Positions 1 through 8,998 of a stretch of 64,000 nt of DNA are shown here, in pieces. Source of the stretch: a bacterium (GTDB taxonomy: Bacteria; Krumholzibacteriota; Krumholzibacteriia; LZORAL124-64-63); contig JADJQR010000011.1 in assembly GCA_016712675.1 (NCBI GenBank), positions 67,946 through 131,945 of the forward strand, written 5' to 3'. The position numbers and the translations under genes are program-made. Positions within the stretch are counted from its first letter, which is position 1. Each line of letters starts with the position of its first letter. The notes under the pieces are model-generated. The model searched no databases, was not told the DNA's origin, and saw nothing but the letters and a program-made list of their open reading frames with translations.

Positions 1-1
1 C

Positions 2-172
2 CGGGTCGTCATCGCCGTGGTGGACAACGAGCTGACGGTCAAGCGGCTCCATCGCCGCGACGGCCGCATCCGGCTGCTGGCGGAAAACGACCGCTACCCG
101 CCCATCGAGATCGGAAACGGCGTGACGCTGGAAATCTGGGGCGTGGTCACCGGTGTCGTCCACGCCCTCTAG
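2..172 (+). CDS. umuD: UmuD-like S24 peptidase, C-terminal fragment (5' end lies outside the window)
   Basis: Frame 2 reads RVVIAVVDNELTVKRLHRRDGRIRLLAENDRYPPIEIGNGVTLEIWGVVTGVVHAL*, a typical LexA/UmuD C-terminus. The stop at 170-172 overlaps the start region of the umuC-like ORF. Confidence 0.8.
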   Translation, partial: RVVIAVVDNELTVKRLHRRDGRIRLLAENDRYPPIEIGNGVTLEIWGVVTGVVHAL

Positions 173-1439
173 GCCGCCCGTCCTCGCCCTGGTCGACGCC
201 AACAATTTCTATGTGTCCTGCGAGCGGGCGTTCGCGCCGCGCCTGGAGGGACAGCCCGTCATCGTCCTCTCCAACAACGACGGCTGCGTGGTGGCCCGCT
301 CCGAGGAGGTCAAGGCGCTGGGGGTGGCGATGGGGGCGCCGGCCCGCGACATCCGCGAGCTGCTCCGGCGACACCGCGTGCGGGTGTTCTCGTCCAACTA
401 CGCCCTCTATGGCGACCTGAGCGCCCGGCTGATGGACGTGCTCGGCCGGTTCGCGCCGCGCGTCGAGGTCTACTCCATCGACGAGGCGTTTCTGGACTGG
501 TCGGGGTTCCCGGAAGACGGGCTCATCGAGTATGCCCGGGAGATGGTCGGCACCGTCCGGCGCTGGCTGGGCCTGCCGGTCTCGGTCGGGATCGCCCCCA
601 CCAAGGTGCTGGCCAAGGTCGCCAACCGGATCGCCAAGCGACGAAAAGTGCCGGGCGGCGCGGTGGCGCTGCTCGATGCGGACGGGCAGGCCGAAGCGCT
701 GGCCGACCTGCGGACGGCCGACCTGTGGGGCATCGCCGGGCGCTGGTCGGCCAAACTCGAAGCGCTCGGCATCGACACCGCGCTCCAGTTGCGCGACGCC
801 GACCCGCCGTTCTTGCGCTCGGCGTTCGGGGTGGTCGTGGAGCGGATCGTTTATGAGTTGCGAGGGATTCCGTGCCTGGCGCTGGAGGAGGTCGCGCCGC
901 CGAAACGGCAGATCGTCGCTTCCCGCTCCTTCGGCCGGCCGGTCGTGGAGCTGGGGGAGCTGCGCGAGGCCGTCGCGTTTCACGTCACCCGCGCGGCGGT
1001 GCGGCTGCGCCGGCAGCGCTCGGAGGCCGGGGGGCTTCAGGTGTCCATCGGCACGAATCCCTTCGCCCCCGACGATCCGCCCTACCACGGCCACTGCACC
1101 GTCGAGCTGGTTTCCCCCACGGCGGACACCCGCGTCTTGATCGGGCAAGCGCTGCGGGGGCTGGAGGCGATTTACCGGGGGGGCTATCGGTACCATAAAG
1201 CCGGGGTCATGCTGCTGTCGTTGACGTCGGCCGACCGCCGCCAGGGGGCGCTGTTTCAGCCGGGCGACCCCGCGCGCTCGCAACGGCTCATGACCGCCAT
1301 CGACCGAATCAACCACAGGATGGGACGGGGGACCGTGCGCTTCGGGACCGAAGGCTTCGGCCACGGCTGGGCGATGCGCCAGGCGCGCAAATCGCCGGCG
1401 TACACCACGCGCTGGAGCGAGCTGCCGCGAGTCGACTGA
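153..1439 (+). CDS. umuC: Y-family translesion DNA polymerase subunit UmuC
   Basis: 428-aa ORF. The N-terminus LALVDANNFYVSCERAFAPRLEGQPVIVLSNNDGCVVARSEE is the canonical UmuC/ImpB signature. The GTG start overlaps the umuD end. Confidence 0.9.
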   Translation: MSSTPSRPPVLALVDANNFYVSCERAFAPRLEGQPVIVLSNNDGCVVARSEEVKALGVAMGAPARDIRELLRRHRVRVFSSNYALYGDLSARLMDVLGRFAPRVEVYSIDEAFLDWSGFPEDGLIEYAREMVGTVRRWLGLPVSVGIAPTKVLAKVANRIAKRRKVPGGAVALLDADGQAEALADLRTADLWGIAGRWSAKLEALGIDTALQLRDADPPFLRSAFGVVVERIVYELRGIPCLALEEVAPPKRQIVASRSFGRPVVELGELREAVAFHVTRAAVRLRRQRSEAGGLQVSIGTNPFAPDDPPYHGHCTVELVSPTADTRVLIGQALRGLEAIYRGGYRYHKAGVMLLSLTSADRRQGALFQPGDPARSQRLMTAIDRINHRMGRGTVRFGTEGFGHGWAMRQARKSPAYTTRWSELPRVD

Positions 1440-1441
1440 AT

Positions 1442-1476
1442 TTCAATCGCAATTGAATTATATTCAATTCATTGGA
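1442..1476. promoter_or_regulatory. AT-rich array of alternating TTCAAT/ATTGAA half-sites; candidate operator or promoter ahead of the DUF5131 gene
   Basis: TTCAAT(1442) cgca ATTGAA(1452) ttat ATTCAA(1462) ttc ATTGGA(1471). Includes the palindrome TTGAAT-tat-ATTCAA at 1453-1467. It is the only AT-rich patch in a GC-rich context. Confidence 0.3.
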
Positions 1477-1482
1477 GAGGCC

Positions 1483-2361
1483 ATGTCCAAAAACAGCAAG
1501 ATCGAGTGGACCCATCACACGTTCAACCCCTGGTGGGGGTGCACGAAGATTTCGCCGGGGTGCGATTTCTGTTACGCCGAATCCTGGGCGGCGCGCGTCG
1601 GGTCGAACGTGTGGGGCGCCCAGGCGGGCCGGCGGTTTTTTTCGGAAGCCCACTGGAAAGAGCCGCTGCGGTGGAACGCGGACGCCGAAAAGGGCGGGCG
1701 GCGACGGGTGTTTTGCGCGTCCATGGCGGACGTGTTCGAAAACCGCCCCGAGCTGGACCCCTGGCGCGCCCGGCTGTGGGCGCTGATCGCGCGCACGCCG
1801 CACCTGGACTGGCTGCTGCTGACCAAGCGCCCCACCTTGGTGGCGCGCTACGCGCCCTGGCGCCAGGACTGGCCCGCCAACGTCTGGCTGGGCACCACGG
1901 TCGAATCCCAGGCGTGGGCCGAGCAGCGCCTGCCCGCGCTGCTGGCGCTTCCCGCCGCCGTGCGGTTCCTGTCTTGCGAGCCGCTGCTCGGCCCCCTGGA
2001 CCTGCGGCCTTACCTCCACCGGGTCGACTGGGTGATCGCGGGGGGGGAAAGCGGGGCGCGCGCGCGCCCCATGAACCCCGAATGGCCCAGAAGCCTGCGC
2101 GATCAATGCGCGCGCGAAGGCGTCGCCTTCCATTTCAAGCAGTGGGGGCACTGGCATCCGGTGAACCCTTCCGAGTTTCGGCGCGCGGTGCGCTTGCAAG
2201 ACGCGCGCGGCGATCCGATCTGGATGGCCCCGCTGGGCAAATCGGCGTCCGGCCGCAGCTTGGACGGGCGCGAGTGGGACGAATATCCGGGAGCGCTCCA
2301 CCGAGCCGAAAACGCGCCGGCCGAGCGACAGGGCTCTTTGAGCTTCGCGGATCGCGGTTGA
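1483..2361 (+). CDS. Phage Gp37/Gp68 family protein (DUF5131, three-Cys motif)
   Basis: MSKNSKIEWTHHTFNPWWGCTKISPGCDFCYAE is the characteristic N-terminus. A GGAGAGG RBS lies just upstream of ATG 1483. The track ORF start at 1453 lacks an RBS. Confidence 0.85.
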   Translation: MSKNSKIEWTHHTFNPWWGCTKISPGCDFCYAESWAARVGSNVWGAQAGRRFFSEAHWKEPLRWNADAEKGGRRRVFCASMADVFENRPELDPWRARLWALIARTPHLDWLLLTKRPTLVARYAPWRQDWPANVWLGTTVESQAWAEQRLPALLALPAAVRFLSCEPLLGPLDLRPYLHRVDWVIAGGESGARARPMNPEWPRSLRDQCAREGVAFHFKQWGHWHPVNPSEFRRAVRLQDARGDPIWMAPLGKSASGRSLDGREWDEYPGALHRAENAPAERQGSLSFADRG

Positions 2362-2455
2362 CGTTTGGCGGGAAGAGCGCCCGGGGTATCGGGGCGCAAG
2401 GGGGTCGCGGGCGCTCGACGGGCGGGCGATAACCGGTCGCTTTCAAGGGATCAGG

Positions 2456-3589
2456 ATGACAGCTAAAGACTTTTTTGAGGCGAGCAAAGAGCAATCCAAA
2501 ATAAAGGCCGCCATCGTCTCCAAGTATTTTTGGGCTTGGGCAAAAATCATCGCCGCGAGCCAGGACCGCTTCGCCCGCCAGCAGGATAAAAGAATCGCCT
2601 ACATCGACCTTTTCGCGGGGCCGGGCCGCTACGACGATGGCACCGTTTCAACGCCGCTGCTGGTGCTGGGAAAGGCGATTGACGACGCGATGATGCGCGA
2701 GCGTCTCGTCACCCTGTTCAACGACCGAGATCGGGAACACGCCACTTCGCTCGGAAACCGGATCGAGGCGCTGCCCGGAATCGAAAAGCTCAGGTACAAG
2801 CCCCGTGTAACGTCGGGCGAAGTCGGAAGAGAAATCGTCGAATTTTTCGACCAACTCCGTTTGGTTCCCACGCTTTTCTTTGCGGATCCGTGGGGTTACA
2901 AGGGGCTTTCGCTGGGGCTGATCAATTCGGTGATCAAAGATTGGGGATCGGATTGCATTTTCTTCTTCAACTATAACCGGATCAATATGGGTTTGACGAA
3001 TGCCTACGTCGAAAAACACATGAGCGCGCTTTTCGGAGAAGCGCGGGTCAAGGCATTGAAGCCGGCGCTATCGAACCTGGCGCCGGAGCACCGCGAACTG
3101 ACCGTCGTCGGGGAACTGTGCGAGGCGATTCGCGCGCTCGGCCCCCGGTTCGTCTTACCTTTCCGCTTCAGGGACGATCGGGGAACGCGCACGAGCCATC
3201 ACCTGATTTTTGTGAGCAAGCATTTTAAAGGCTATGAAATCATGAAGGAGATCATGGCCGCCGAATCGTCCGGCGCCGAACAGGGCGTCGCCAAGTTCGA
3301 ATACAATCCCGTTCAAACTCAAACCGCAAAGCCGCAGCAACTCTTGTTCATGTTATCGCGCCCGCTCGAAGAGCTGGGCGACATGCTGCTCAAGGATTTT
3401 GCGGGCAAGACGCTCACCATGTCGGATATATATCAACAGCACAATATAGATCGCCCCTATATAAAGAAAAATTACAAGCAAGTCCTCGCCCAATTGGAAA
3501 ATCAAGGGAGCATTGAAACAGGCCCTCATCGCAAAGGTACGTTTGGCGATAGCGTCGTCGTGGCTTTCAAGCCTTCCAAGGATTCATAA
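2456..3589 (+). CDS. tcmP: Three-Cys-motif partner protein (TcmP-like) with a methyltransferase-like DLFAGPG motif
   Basis: 377-aa ORF immediately downstream of the DUF5131 gene. The N-terminus SKIKAAIVSKYFWAWAKII...YIDLFAGPGRY matches my recollection of the TcmP family. GC is visibly lower than in the flanks. Confidence 0.7.
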   Translation: MTAKDFFEASKEQSKIKAAIVSKYFWAWAKIIAASQDRFARQQDKRIAYIDLFAGPGRYDDGTVSTPLLVLGKAIDDAMMRERLVTLFNDRDREHATSLGNRIEALPGIEKLRYKPRVTSGEVGREIVEFFDQLRLVPTLFFADPWGYKGLSLGLINSVIKDWGSDCIFFFNYNRINMGLTNAYVEKHMSALFGEARVKALKPALSNLAPEHRELTVVGELCEAIRALGPRFVLPFRFRDDRGTRTSHHLIFVSKHFKGYEIMKEIMAAESSGAEQGVAKFEYNPVQTQTAKPQQLLFMLSRPLEELGDMLLKDFAGKTLTMSDIYQQHNIDRPYIKKNYKQVLAQLENQGSIETGPHRKGTFGDSVVVAFKPSKDS

Positions 3590-3641
3590 GTGCCGAACAA
3601 GGTTAAATTTTTGGCCTGAAAGATCAATGGTGTTGTAAATC

Positions 3642-4055
3642 ATGCGCACCGCGTCTTTTTTCACCTACAGAGGCCCCGGCCGGGTCAGCGTCGCCCGCTG
3701 GGCACCCAGGGCGACGCCCGCCGGCTTTCGGGTCTACCGGCCGCTCAACCCCACGGCCGACATGCTCAAGCTGCCGCGCGAGCGCTACGAGCCGCTGTAC
3801 CGGGCGATCCTCGCGCGGCTGGACCCCCGCCGCGTCGAAGCCGACGTGGCGCGGCTGGCCGCGCCCCACGAGCCGGTCTTGCTGTGCTGGGAGCGCCCGC
3901 CGTTTTCGGAGGCCGTCTGGTGCCACCGGCGGATGGTCGCCGAGTGGCTCGCGGAAACGCTGGGGCTCGCGGTGCCGGAGATCGCCGGCGAGGCGGCCCC
4001 ATCGACCGACGACGACGACGCGCGGGCGGCACCCGGCGTCCGGCTTGCGCCGTGA
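3642..4055 (+). CDS. DUF488 family protein
   Basis: 137-aa ORF with MRTASFFTYRGPGRVSVARWAPR...LLCWERPPFSEAVWCHRRMVAEWL, the typical DUF488 layout. A sigma70-like TTGGCC-N17-TGTAAAT lies upstream. Confidence 0.65.
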   Translation: MRTASFFTYRGPGRVSVARWAPRATPAGFRVYRPLNPTADMLKLPRERYEPLYRAILARLDPRRVEADVARLAAPHEPVLLCWERPPFSEAVWCHRRMVAEWLAETLGLAVPEIAGEAAPSTDDDDARAAPGVRLAP

Positions 4056-4060
4056 AGCGC

Positions 4061-5101
4061 ATGATGGCCGCGCCGCCCGACGCGCGCGCCGCCCTCGAAG
4101 CGGCTTGGCGCCGGCAGGGGCGGCGGGAATCCTTGGTCCTGTTCGGCCCGCGCCGGCAGGGGAAAACCCACCTGATCCGCCAGCTCGCCGGGTCGCCCGG
4201 CGCTTTCGGCGAGGACGCGCGCGTGGCCACCCTCAACCTGCAAAGCGTCGCTTGGGCGGAGGGCGCGCGCGACCTGTGTCACGCCATCGCCGCCGCGCTG
4301 TGGGCGGCCGGCCCGGACGGCGGGGCCGAACCCGCGCCGGAGGCGTTCGCGCGGCGGCCCTTGGCGGCCCTGGACCGGTTTCTCGCCGGGCGCGCGCGCC
4401 GCTCGCCGCCGCGCCGCGACCTCCTGTTGCTGGACGAGTACGAGCTGCTGGCGGAGCTGCCCGATGCCCGGCAGGCCGGCCTGTTGCGCGCGCTCCTCGA
4501 CGCGCCGCACCTGGCGACCGGTTTCGTCGGCCTCCACCACCCCGACGAGCTGGCCCCGCCGCTGCGGGATGCCCTGGCCGGCTGCCCGGCCCTCCTCGTC
4601 GGCCGGCTGGACCCGGCGGCGTTCGCCTGGGCTCTGGCCGCCGGCGCGGGTGCCCGCGCCCCGCAGTTCGCCCCGGACGCGCGCGAGCGGGCGTTCGCCC
4701 TGACCGGCGGCCAGCCGTTTTTGGGCCGGGTGCTGGGCGAGGTGATGGCGATTCGCGACGCCGACCGGGCCGGTGCCGGCGCGGCCTTCGCCGCCGCCGA
4801 CGTGGACGCGGCGGCGGGATCGCCCGCGTTTGCCCTCGGCGCCCGCCCGTATTTCGCCGGCCACTGGGCGCGGGCCGACGAACGACCGCCGGGGCAGCGG
4901 GCGGTGCTGGCGGCGCTGGCCCCCCACGAAGGCGGGCTGGACGCCGGAAGGTTGCGGGCGGAAAGCGGCCTGGACCCGGCCGCGCTCGACGCCGCCTTGG
5001 CGTCGCTGGCGCGCCACGACGCGGTGGAAACCCGCGAGGGCCGCCACCGGTTCGGCGTCGAGCTGCTGCGCCGCCGGGTGGCGGCGGGCCTCGGGGGCTA
5101 G
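4061..5101 (+). CDS. P-loop ATPase (archaeal-ATPase/ORC-like) with a C-terminal winged-helix-like region
   Basis: Walker A LFGPRRQGKTHL and Walker B LLLLDEYE. An in-frame GTG at 4052 is an alternative start. The track start at 3884 overlaps the DUF488 gene and is rejected. Confidence 0.65.
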   Translation: MMAAPPDARAALEAAWRRQGRRESLVLFGPRRQGKTHLIRQLAGSPGAFGEDARVATLNLQSVAWAEGARDLCHAIAAALWAAGPDGGAEPAPEAFARRPLAALDRFLAGRARRSPPRRDLLLLDEYELLAELPDARQAGLLRALLDAPHLATGFVGLHHPDELAPPLRDALAGCPALLVGRLDPAAFAWALAAGAGARAPQFAPDARERAFALTGGQPFLGRVLGEVMAIRDADRAGAGAAFAAADVDAAAGSPAFALGARPYFAGHWARADERPPGQRAVLAALAPHEGGLDAGRLRAESGLDPAALDAALASLARHDAVETREGRHRFGVELLRRRVAAGLGG

Positions 5102-5104
5102 CGC

Positions 5105-6193
5105 GTGGCCGGAAAGCAGCGCGACCGCCCGCCCCTCGCCGAGCGCCTGCGCGCGGGGTTGGACCAGCGCCGCGCCCGGGGGGCCAGCGCCCGCGCGCTC
5201 GGCGAATACGCCCTCCAGTTCCAGCGCCAGTTCCGGTTGCCGGCCGCGCTGCCAGACGACCTGTTGGCCCCCGACGAGCGGGCCGCCGCCAGCGCGCGCG
5301 AGCGCGCGATCCGCGCGCGACAGGTGGAGCGCCGCCAGTTCGAAGCCGCCGAACGGAAACGGGCGCAAGCCCTCCAAGAACAGCGACGGCGGAACGACCG
5401 GCGGGCGCTGCACCGGCTGATCCTGCGCGCCCGGTCGGCGGGCACGCTCGCGCGCGAGTTGAGCTTGCGGGGGGAAGCGCGCGCGACGCTGGCGGCGGCG
5501 GTCGAGGGGTTGCTCGCCGAGGGAGAGTGGGCGGCCTTCGTCGCGCACCAGCGCCGCCTGCGGGCGGAAGGGCTGTCGCGGGCCGCCGCCCGGGAGGCCC
5601 TGGGCGCCACCGCCGCCGAGTTCGGGCGCTGGCTCGAAGACGGCCGCCTGGGGCCGGACGGCTTGCGTTTCGCCAACGTCGCGCGCGCGATCTGGATGAA
5701 AGTTTGGCTGCCCGAAACGGTGGCGGCGGCGCGCGCGCGGCTGGCCGAATGGCGCGCGGCGGACGCGGGGGCAACGCGCGCGGCGCAACCCGACCTCGCC
5801 CGCCGCCGCCGGCTCGCGGGCCGGGTCACGGCCCTGCTCAACCGCGTCCGGCGCTTGCCCGGCGACAAAATTCTGACGCTGGCGACGCAGACCCGCGCAT
5901 CCGCGTTCGACGTGTCGGCCGGGGGCGAAATCGGCCACGCGCCCGACCACAAAACCCGGCTGCGCCGCGCGCTGGCCGAGGCGATGGCGGAGGGCGGCAG
6001 CCTGATCGTGCGGCGGTTCTTGAGTTTGCGGGCGACGGCCGAGACGCCCGGCGGCCCGGCGCTCCTCCCCGTCAAGGAGCTGAGCGGCGTCGCGCTCGCC
6101 GGCGGCGATTGGCGGGGCTTGACCGCCGCCGAAATCCGGCGGTGCGTCGCCCCCGGCGAGGAAAACGTCACGTTCGGCGATTTTCCGCCCTGA
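5105..6193 (+). CDS. hypothetical protein
   Basis: 362-aa ORF. The GTG start is 3 nt after the ATPase stop, suggesting translational coupling. Composition is less skewed than in the overlapping artefact ORFs. Confidence 0.45.
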   Translation: MAGKQRDRPPLAERLRAGLDQRRARGASARALGEYALQFQRQFRLPAALPDDLLAPDERAAASARERAIRARQVERRQFEAAERKRAQALQEQRRRNDRRALHRLILRARSAGTLARELSLRGEARATLAAAVEGLLAEGEWAAFVAHQRRLRAEGLSRAAAREALGATAAEFGRWLEDGRLGPDGLRFANVARAIWMKVWLPETVAAARARLAEWRAADAGATRAAQPDLARRRRLAGRVTALLNRVRRLPGDKILTLATQTRASAFDVSAGGEIGHAPDHKTRLRRALAEAMAEGGSLIVRRFLSLRATAETPGGPALLPVKELSGVALAGGDWRGLTAAEIRRCVAPGEENVTFGDFPP

Positions 6194-6241
6194 GCGGCGA
6201 CGCGCGCCGCGCCCCGCTCACCCGTCAAGGTGCCGGCCGCC

Positions 6242-7072
6242 TCAGACCTTCGTCCCCCGGGCGTCGGGGGCCGCGTCCAGCCGCGTTTCCCCGCCCGCGC
6301 GGGCGATGCGCTCGTACACGCCCTGGGTCGGCGCGACCCACACCAGGCCCGGCCCGGTGAAGGTTTGCAGCAAAAGCTCGCCGCCGGTGACCGTTTGCAG
6401 CAGGCTCTTGGCCGATTGCTCGGCCTGAAACTGGACGCTCCCGGAGCGGACGAAGGCGAAGTTGCCGTCCACCGCGAGCTTCTCGCCCTCGGCCAGCTCG
6501 AAGGCCAGCAGCTCGGCGGCCGGCACCGGCGATTTGAGCACCAGCACGCCGCTGCCCTGCGCCACCGCCTGGAAAAACCCCTCCCCGCCGAACAGCGCAC
6601 CGGAGAGGCTCTTTTGCAGCCGGGCGCTCACCGCGACGCCGGCCGAGGCGCAGCAAAACGCGCCCTTGTCGAACACCAGCGCGTCCCGCTCCAGGCCAAA
6701 CAGCGCGTAGTGCCCGAAGCCCGGCTCCAGGTAGACCTCGCCGCGGCCGCCGATTTTGGACTGAAACAGGGTCTCGCCGGCGGCGAACTTGCGCAGCAGG
6801 CTCTTGGCCAGCCCGCCGGCCAGGCCGGATTCCAGGCGCAGCGGCCCCCGCATGAAATACAGCGCCCCCGGCTCGATCAGCACCTCGGCGCAATCGAGCG
6901 TCACCCGCACTATCTTCAGCCGGATGCGCGCCTGGTTGAGCAAAAAAACTTTCTCGGCCACCGCCAGGTCGGCCGAGCCGCGCAAGGCCGGGTATTGCAG
7001 CACCTCGAAGCGCGCCCCCGGGCTTTCCTGGGTTTGCAGCGTCTCGAAAGCGTCTTTCTCGGGCTGTTGCAT
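6242..7072 (-). CDS. AIM24 family protein (DUF124)
   Basis: Internal start MQQPEKDAFETLQ at 7072, preceded by GGAGGA. The body has ...IEPGALYFMRGPL...GEVYLEPGFGHYALF...GGEGFFQAVAQGSGVLVL...GPGLVWVAP, typical of AIM24. The upstream 147 codons of the track ORF are rejected. Confidence 0.8.
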   Translation of the reverse strand: MQQPEKDAFETLQTQESPGARFEVLQYPALRGSADLAVAEKVFLLNQARIRLKIVRVTLDCAEVLIEPGALYFMRGPLRLESGLAGGLAKSLLRKFAAGETLFQSKIGGRGEVYLEPGFGHYALFGLERDALVFDKGAFCCASAGVAVSARLQKSLSGALFGGEGFFQAVAQGSGVLVLKSPVPAAELLAFELAEGEKLAVDGNFAFVRSGSVQFQAEQSAKSLLQTVTGGELLLQTFTGPGLVWVAPTQGVYERIARAGGETRLDAAPDARGTKV

Positions 7073-7295
7073 CCTTCCTCCTACGGCCGGCACGGCACGC
7101 GGCGACCCGGCGATTATCGCCCGTTCGCGCGCCGGGGCAAGCGCCGCGCCTTGCCCGCCCGCCGCGCCGTGAGAGGCTGGGGCGATTCCCCCGCTCAAGG
7201 AGCCTCCCACGACCGCCAAGACGTTCGCCCACCCCCTCGCCGCCGGCGCGCGCCCCCTCGAAAATGCCGCCGGAAGGCGCGATCCTCTGTCCCCC

Positions 7296-7847
7296 TTGAC
7301 CCGCGAAGAGCCGTTCGGCGCGCTGGCCTCGGACGACCTCCGGCGCTGCATCGCCTCGCGGATCGCGCGGGAGCGGCGCGCGCTCGAACCGGAAACCCGA
7401 ACGGTCGAAACCCGCCGGCTCGTCCACCCCGACGACCAGGCCCGCGCCATCGCCGGGGCGTCCGTCACGCTGGCGAGCGTGGGGCACATCGTCCATCGGG
7501 TGATCGTCGGCACCCTGCCCCTTGCGCGGGCGCGGCCCCTACTGCGGCCCTTGGGGCCAGCGCTGTCCGAGGGCGGGTTCTACAGGATGCCCGAGGTGCC
7601 CGAGCGTCCGACCTTCCGGGTGCAAACCCGGGGGTTCGACGGCCGCGTCTTCGCCGAAGGCGCCGGCCTGATCGCCACGGCGCTCGGCCTGGAGCGGCTG
7701 AGCCGGATGGTCGGGGACGAGGGAGCGCTGGCGGTTCGCGACCGGGTGCTCGACTTCGCGTTCGCCCGCCAGGACCGCGACGCCGTGCTCGCGGCCGCCG
7801 GCGGCTACCCCCGGGCCGACGCGCCGGGATGGCCCGGCACCGGGTGA
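7296..7847 (+). CDS. hypothetical protein (start uncertain, TTG)
   Basis: 183-aa ORF in the only sensible frame between the AIM24 gene and the methyltransferase promoter. No motif recognised. Confidence 0.3.
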   Translation: MTREEPFGALASDDLRRCIASRIARERRALEPETRTVETRRLVHPDDQARAIAGASVTLASVGHIVHRVIVGTLPLARARPLLRPLGPALSEGGFYRMPEVPERPTFRVQTRGFDGRVFAEGAGLIATALGLERLSRMVGDEGALAVRDRVLDFAFARQDRDAVLAAAGGYPRADAPGWPGTG

Positions 7848-8033
7848 GGCGTGCCCCGCAAACCGGCGGCTAGCGCGCCGGCTGCCCCGGCCATCCCGGC
7901 CGCCCCGGTCATCGGCCGGTCGCGCCCGCCGTCTTTCGCTCAACTAACAGATGATATAAAAGCCGGGTACGCCTGTCGTGCACCGCGCCGCCAGACGCCG
8001 TGGCGGCGCGGCGCCCCGACGCCGGGCGCGCCC

Positions 8034-8061
8034 TTGCCCCGCGCGCGACCGGGGTTACGGT
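8034..8061 (+). promoter_or_regulatory. conserved promoter-like cassette copy 1 (TTGCCC-N16-TACGGT, followed by GGAACCCTCA)
   Basis: Member of a repeated motif cCTTGCCC-N16-xAxxxT-GG seen 7 times in the window, each about 30-60 nt upstream of a plus-strand start codon. Confidence 0.4.
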
Positions 8062-8090
8062 GGAACCCTCACCCACCGCGAGGGCACCCC

Positions 8091-8903
8091 ATGTCGAAGT
8101 CCACCGCCGCCGATCTCCCCGACGCCGCCCGGCCGCTGGCCCGCCTCCTCCAGAACCCCCGCCACGGCGCGCGCGCCCTGTTCGGCTGGCTGTTGGACGA
8201 CGTGCTGGCCGACCTGGCCGGGCGGCCCCCGGATCGCCCGCCGCCAGCCGAGGCGCGGCCCCTGGTTCGCGACCTCGCTGGAACCTACGCCCGCGCGGTC
8301 GCGGGCGCGCCGTTCGAGGACGTGCTGGGGCCGCTGTTTCTGGAGACGATCTGCCGGGGCGACCAGCGCTACCGGGGCCAGTTTTTCACGCCGTGGCCCG
8401 TCGCGCGGCTGATGGCCGAACTGGCGGGGCCGGGCGCGGCCGAGGCCGGACCCCGGCCGGGCGGAGGCTTGTGGCGGCTGTGCGAGCCGGCCTGCGGCTC
8501 AGGGGTGCTGCCGCTCGCCTTCCTGCACACCTTGACCGAGCGACACGGCCCGGGCGCCGCCCGGCGCTGGAGCCTCACCGCCGTCGACCTGGACGGGGAC
8601 TGCGCCCGGATGGCGGCGGCGCAGCTCTTGGCCAACGGCCTGATCCACGGGGCGCTGCCCGGCGAGCTGCTGGTCTACCGGGGCAACAGCCTGGGGCCGG
8701 CGGCCGACCTGACGCCCCTGGTCCACCTGGTCGCGCCCGATGGCCCGCCGGAGACCGTCGCACCGGCCCTGCACCCGGCGCGGGTCGAGGCGATCCGGGC
8801 GGCGGCGACGTCGGCGGGGCTCGACCTGTTCGGCTTGCCGCTGCCGGGCGCGGGCGAGGCCGCCCGAGATCGCGCGCGCGGCGGAGACGCCGTGACGCCG
8901 TGA
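8091..8903 (+). CDS. N6-adenine DNA methyltransferase-like protein
   Basis: GQFFTPWPVARLMAEL (HsdM-like FFTP motif) and CEPACGSG (SAM-binding motif I). ATG at 8091 lies after promoter cassette 1. Confidence 0.7.
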   Translation: MSKSTAADLPDAARPLARLLQNPRHGARALFGWLLDDVLADLAGRPPDRPPPAEARPLVRDLAGTYARAVAGAPFEDVLGPLFLETICRGDQRYRGQFFTPWPVARLMAELAGPGAAEAGPRPGGGLWRLCEPACGSGVLPLAFLHTLTERHGPGAARRWSLTAVDLDGDCARMAAAQLLANGLIHGALPGELLVYRGNSLGPAADLTPLVHLVAPDGPPETVAPALHPARVEAIRAAATSAGLDLFGLPLPGAGEAARDRARGGDAVTP

Positions 8904-8925
8904 CGCCGTGACGCCGTGACGCCGT
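8886..8925. repeat. perfect octanucleotide tandem repeat (GACGCCGT) x5
   Basis: Counted directly. It spans the methyltransferase stop codon. Every unit carries a TGA, so all three frames are closed. Confidence 0.95.
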
Positions 8926-8940
8926 GCCCGGCCACCGGCC

Positions 8941-8968
8941 TTGCCCCGGCCGGCCCCGGCGCGATGAT
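8941..8968 (+). promoter_or_regulatory. conserved promoter-like cassette copy 2 (TTGCCC-N16-GATGAT)
   Basis: Same motif as copy 1. It lies 31 nt upstream of the ThiF-like ATG. Confidence 0.4.
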
Positions 8969-8998
8969 GGGATCACCCCCCCTCGACGGAGAACCCCG

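Noticed and set aside
1440-1482. Looked for a LexA/SOS box (CTGT-N8-ACAG) near umuC and the DUF5131 gene.
   Set aside because: No match. The AT-rich half-site array has a different sequence. The umuD promoter lies outside the window.
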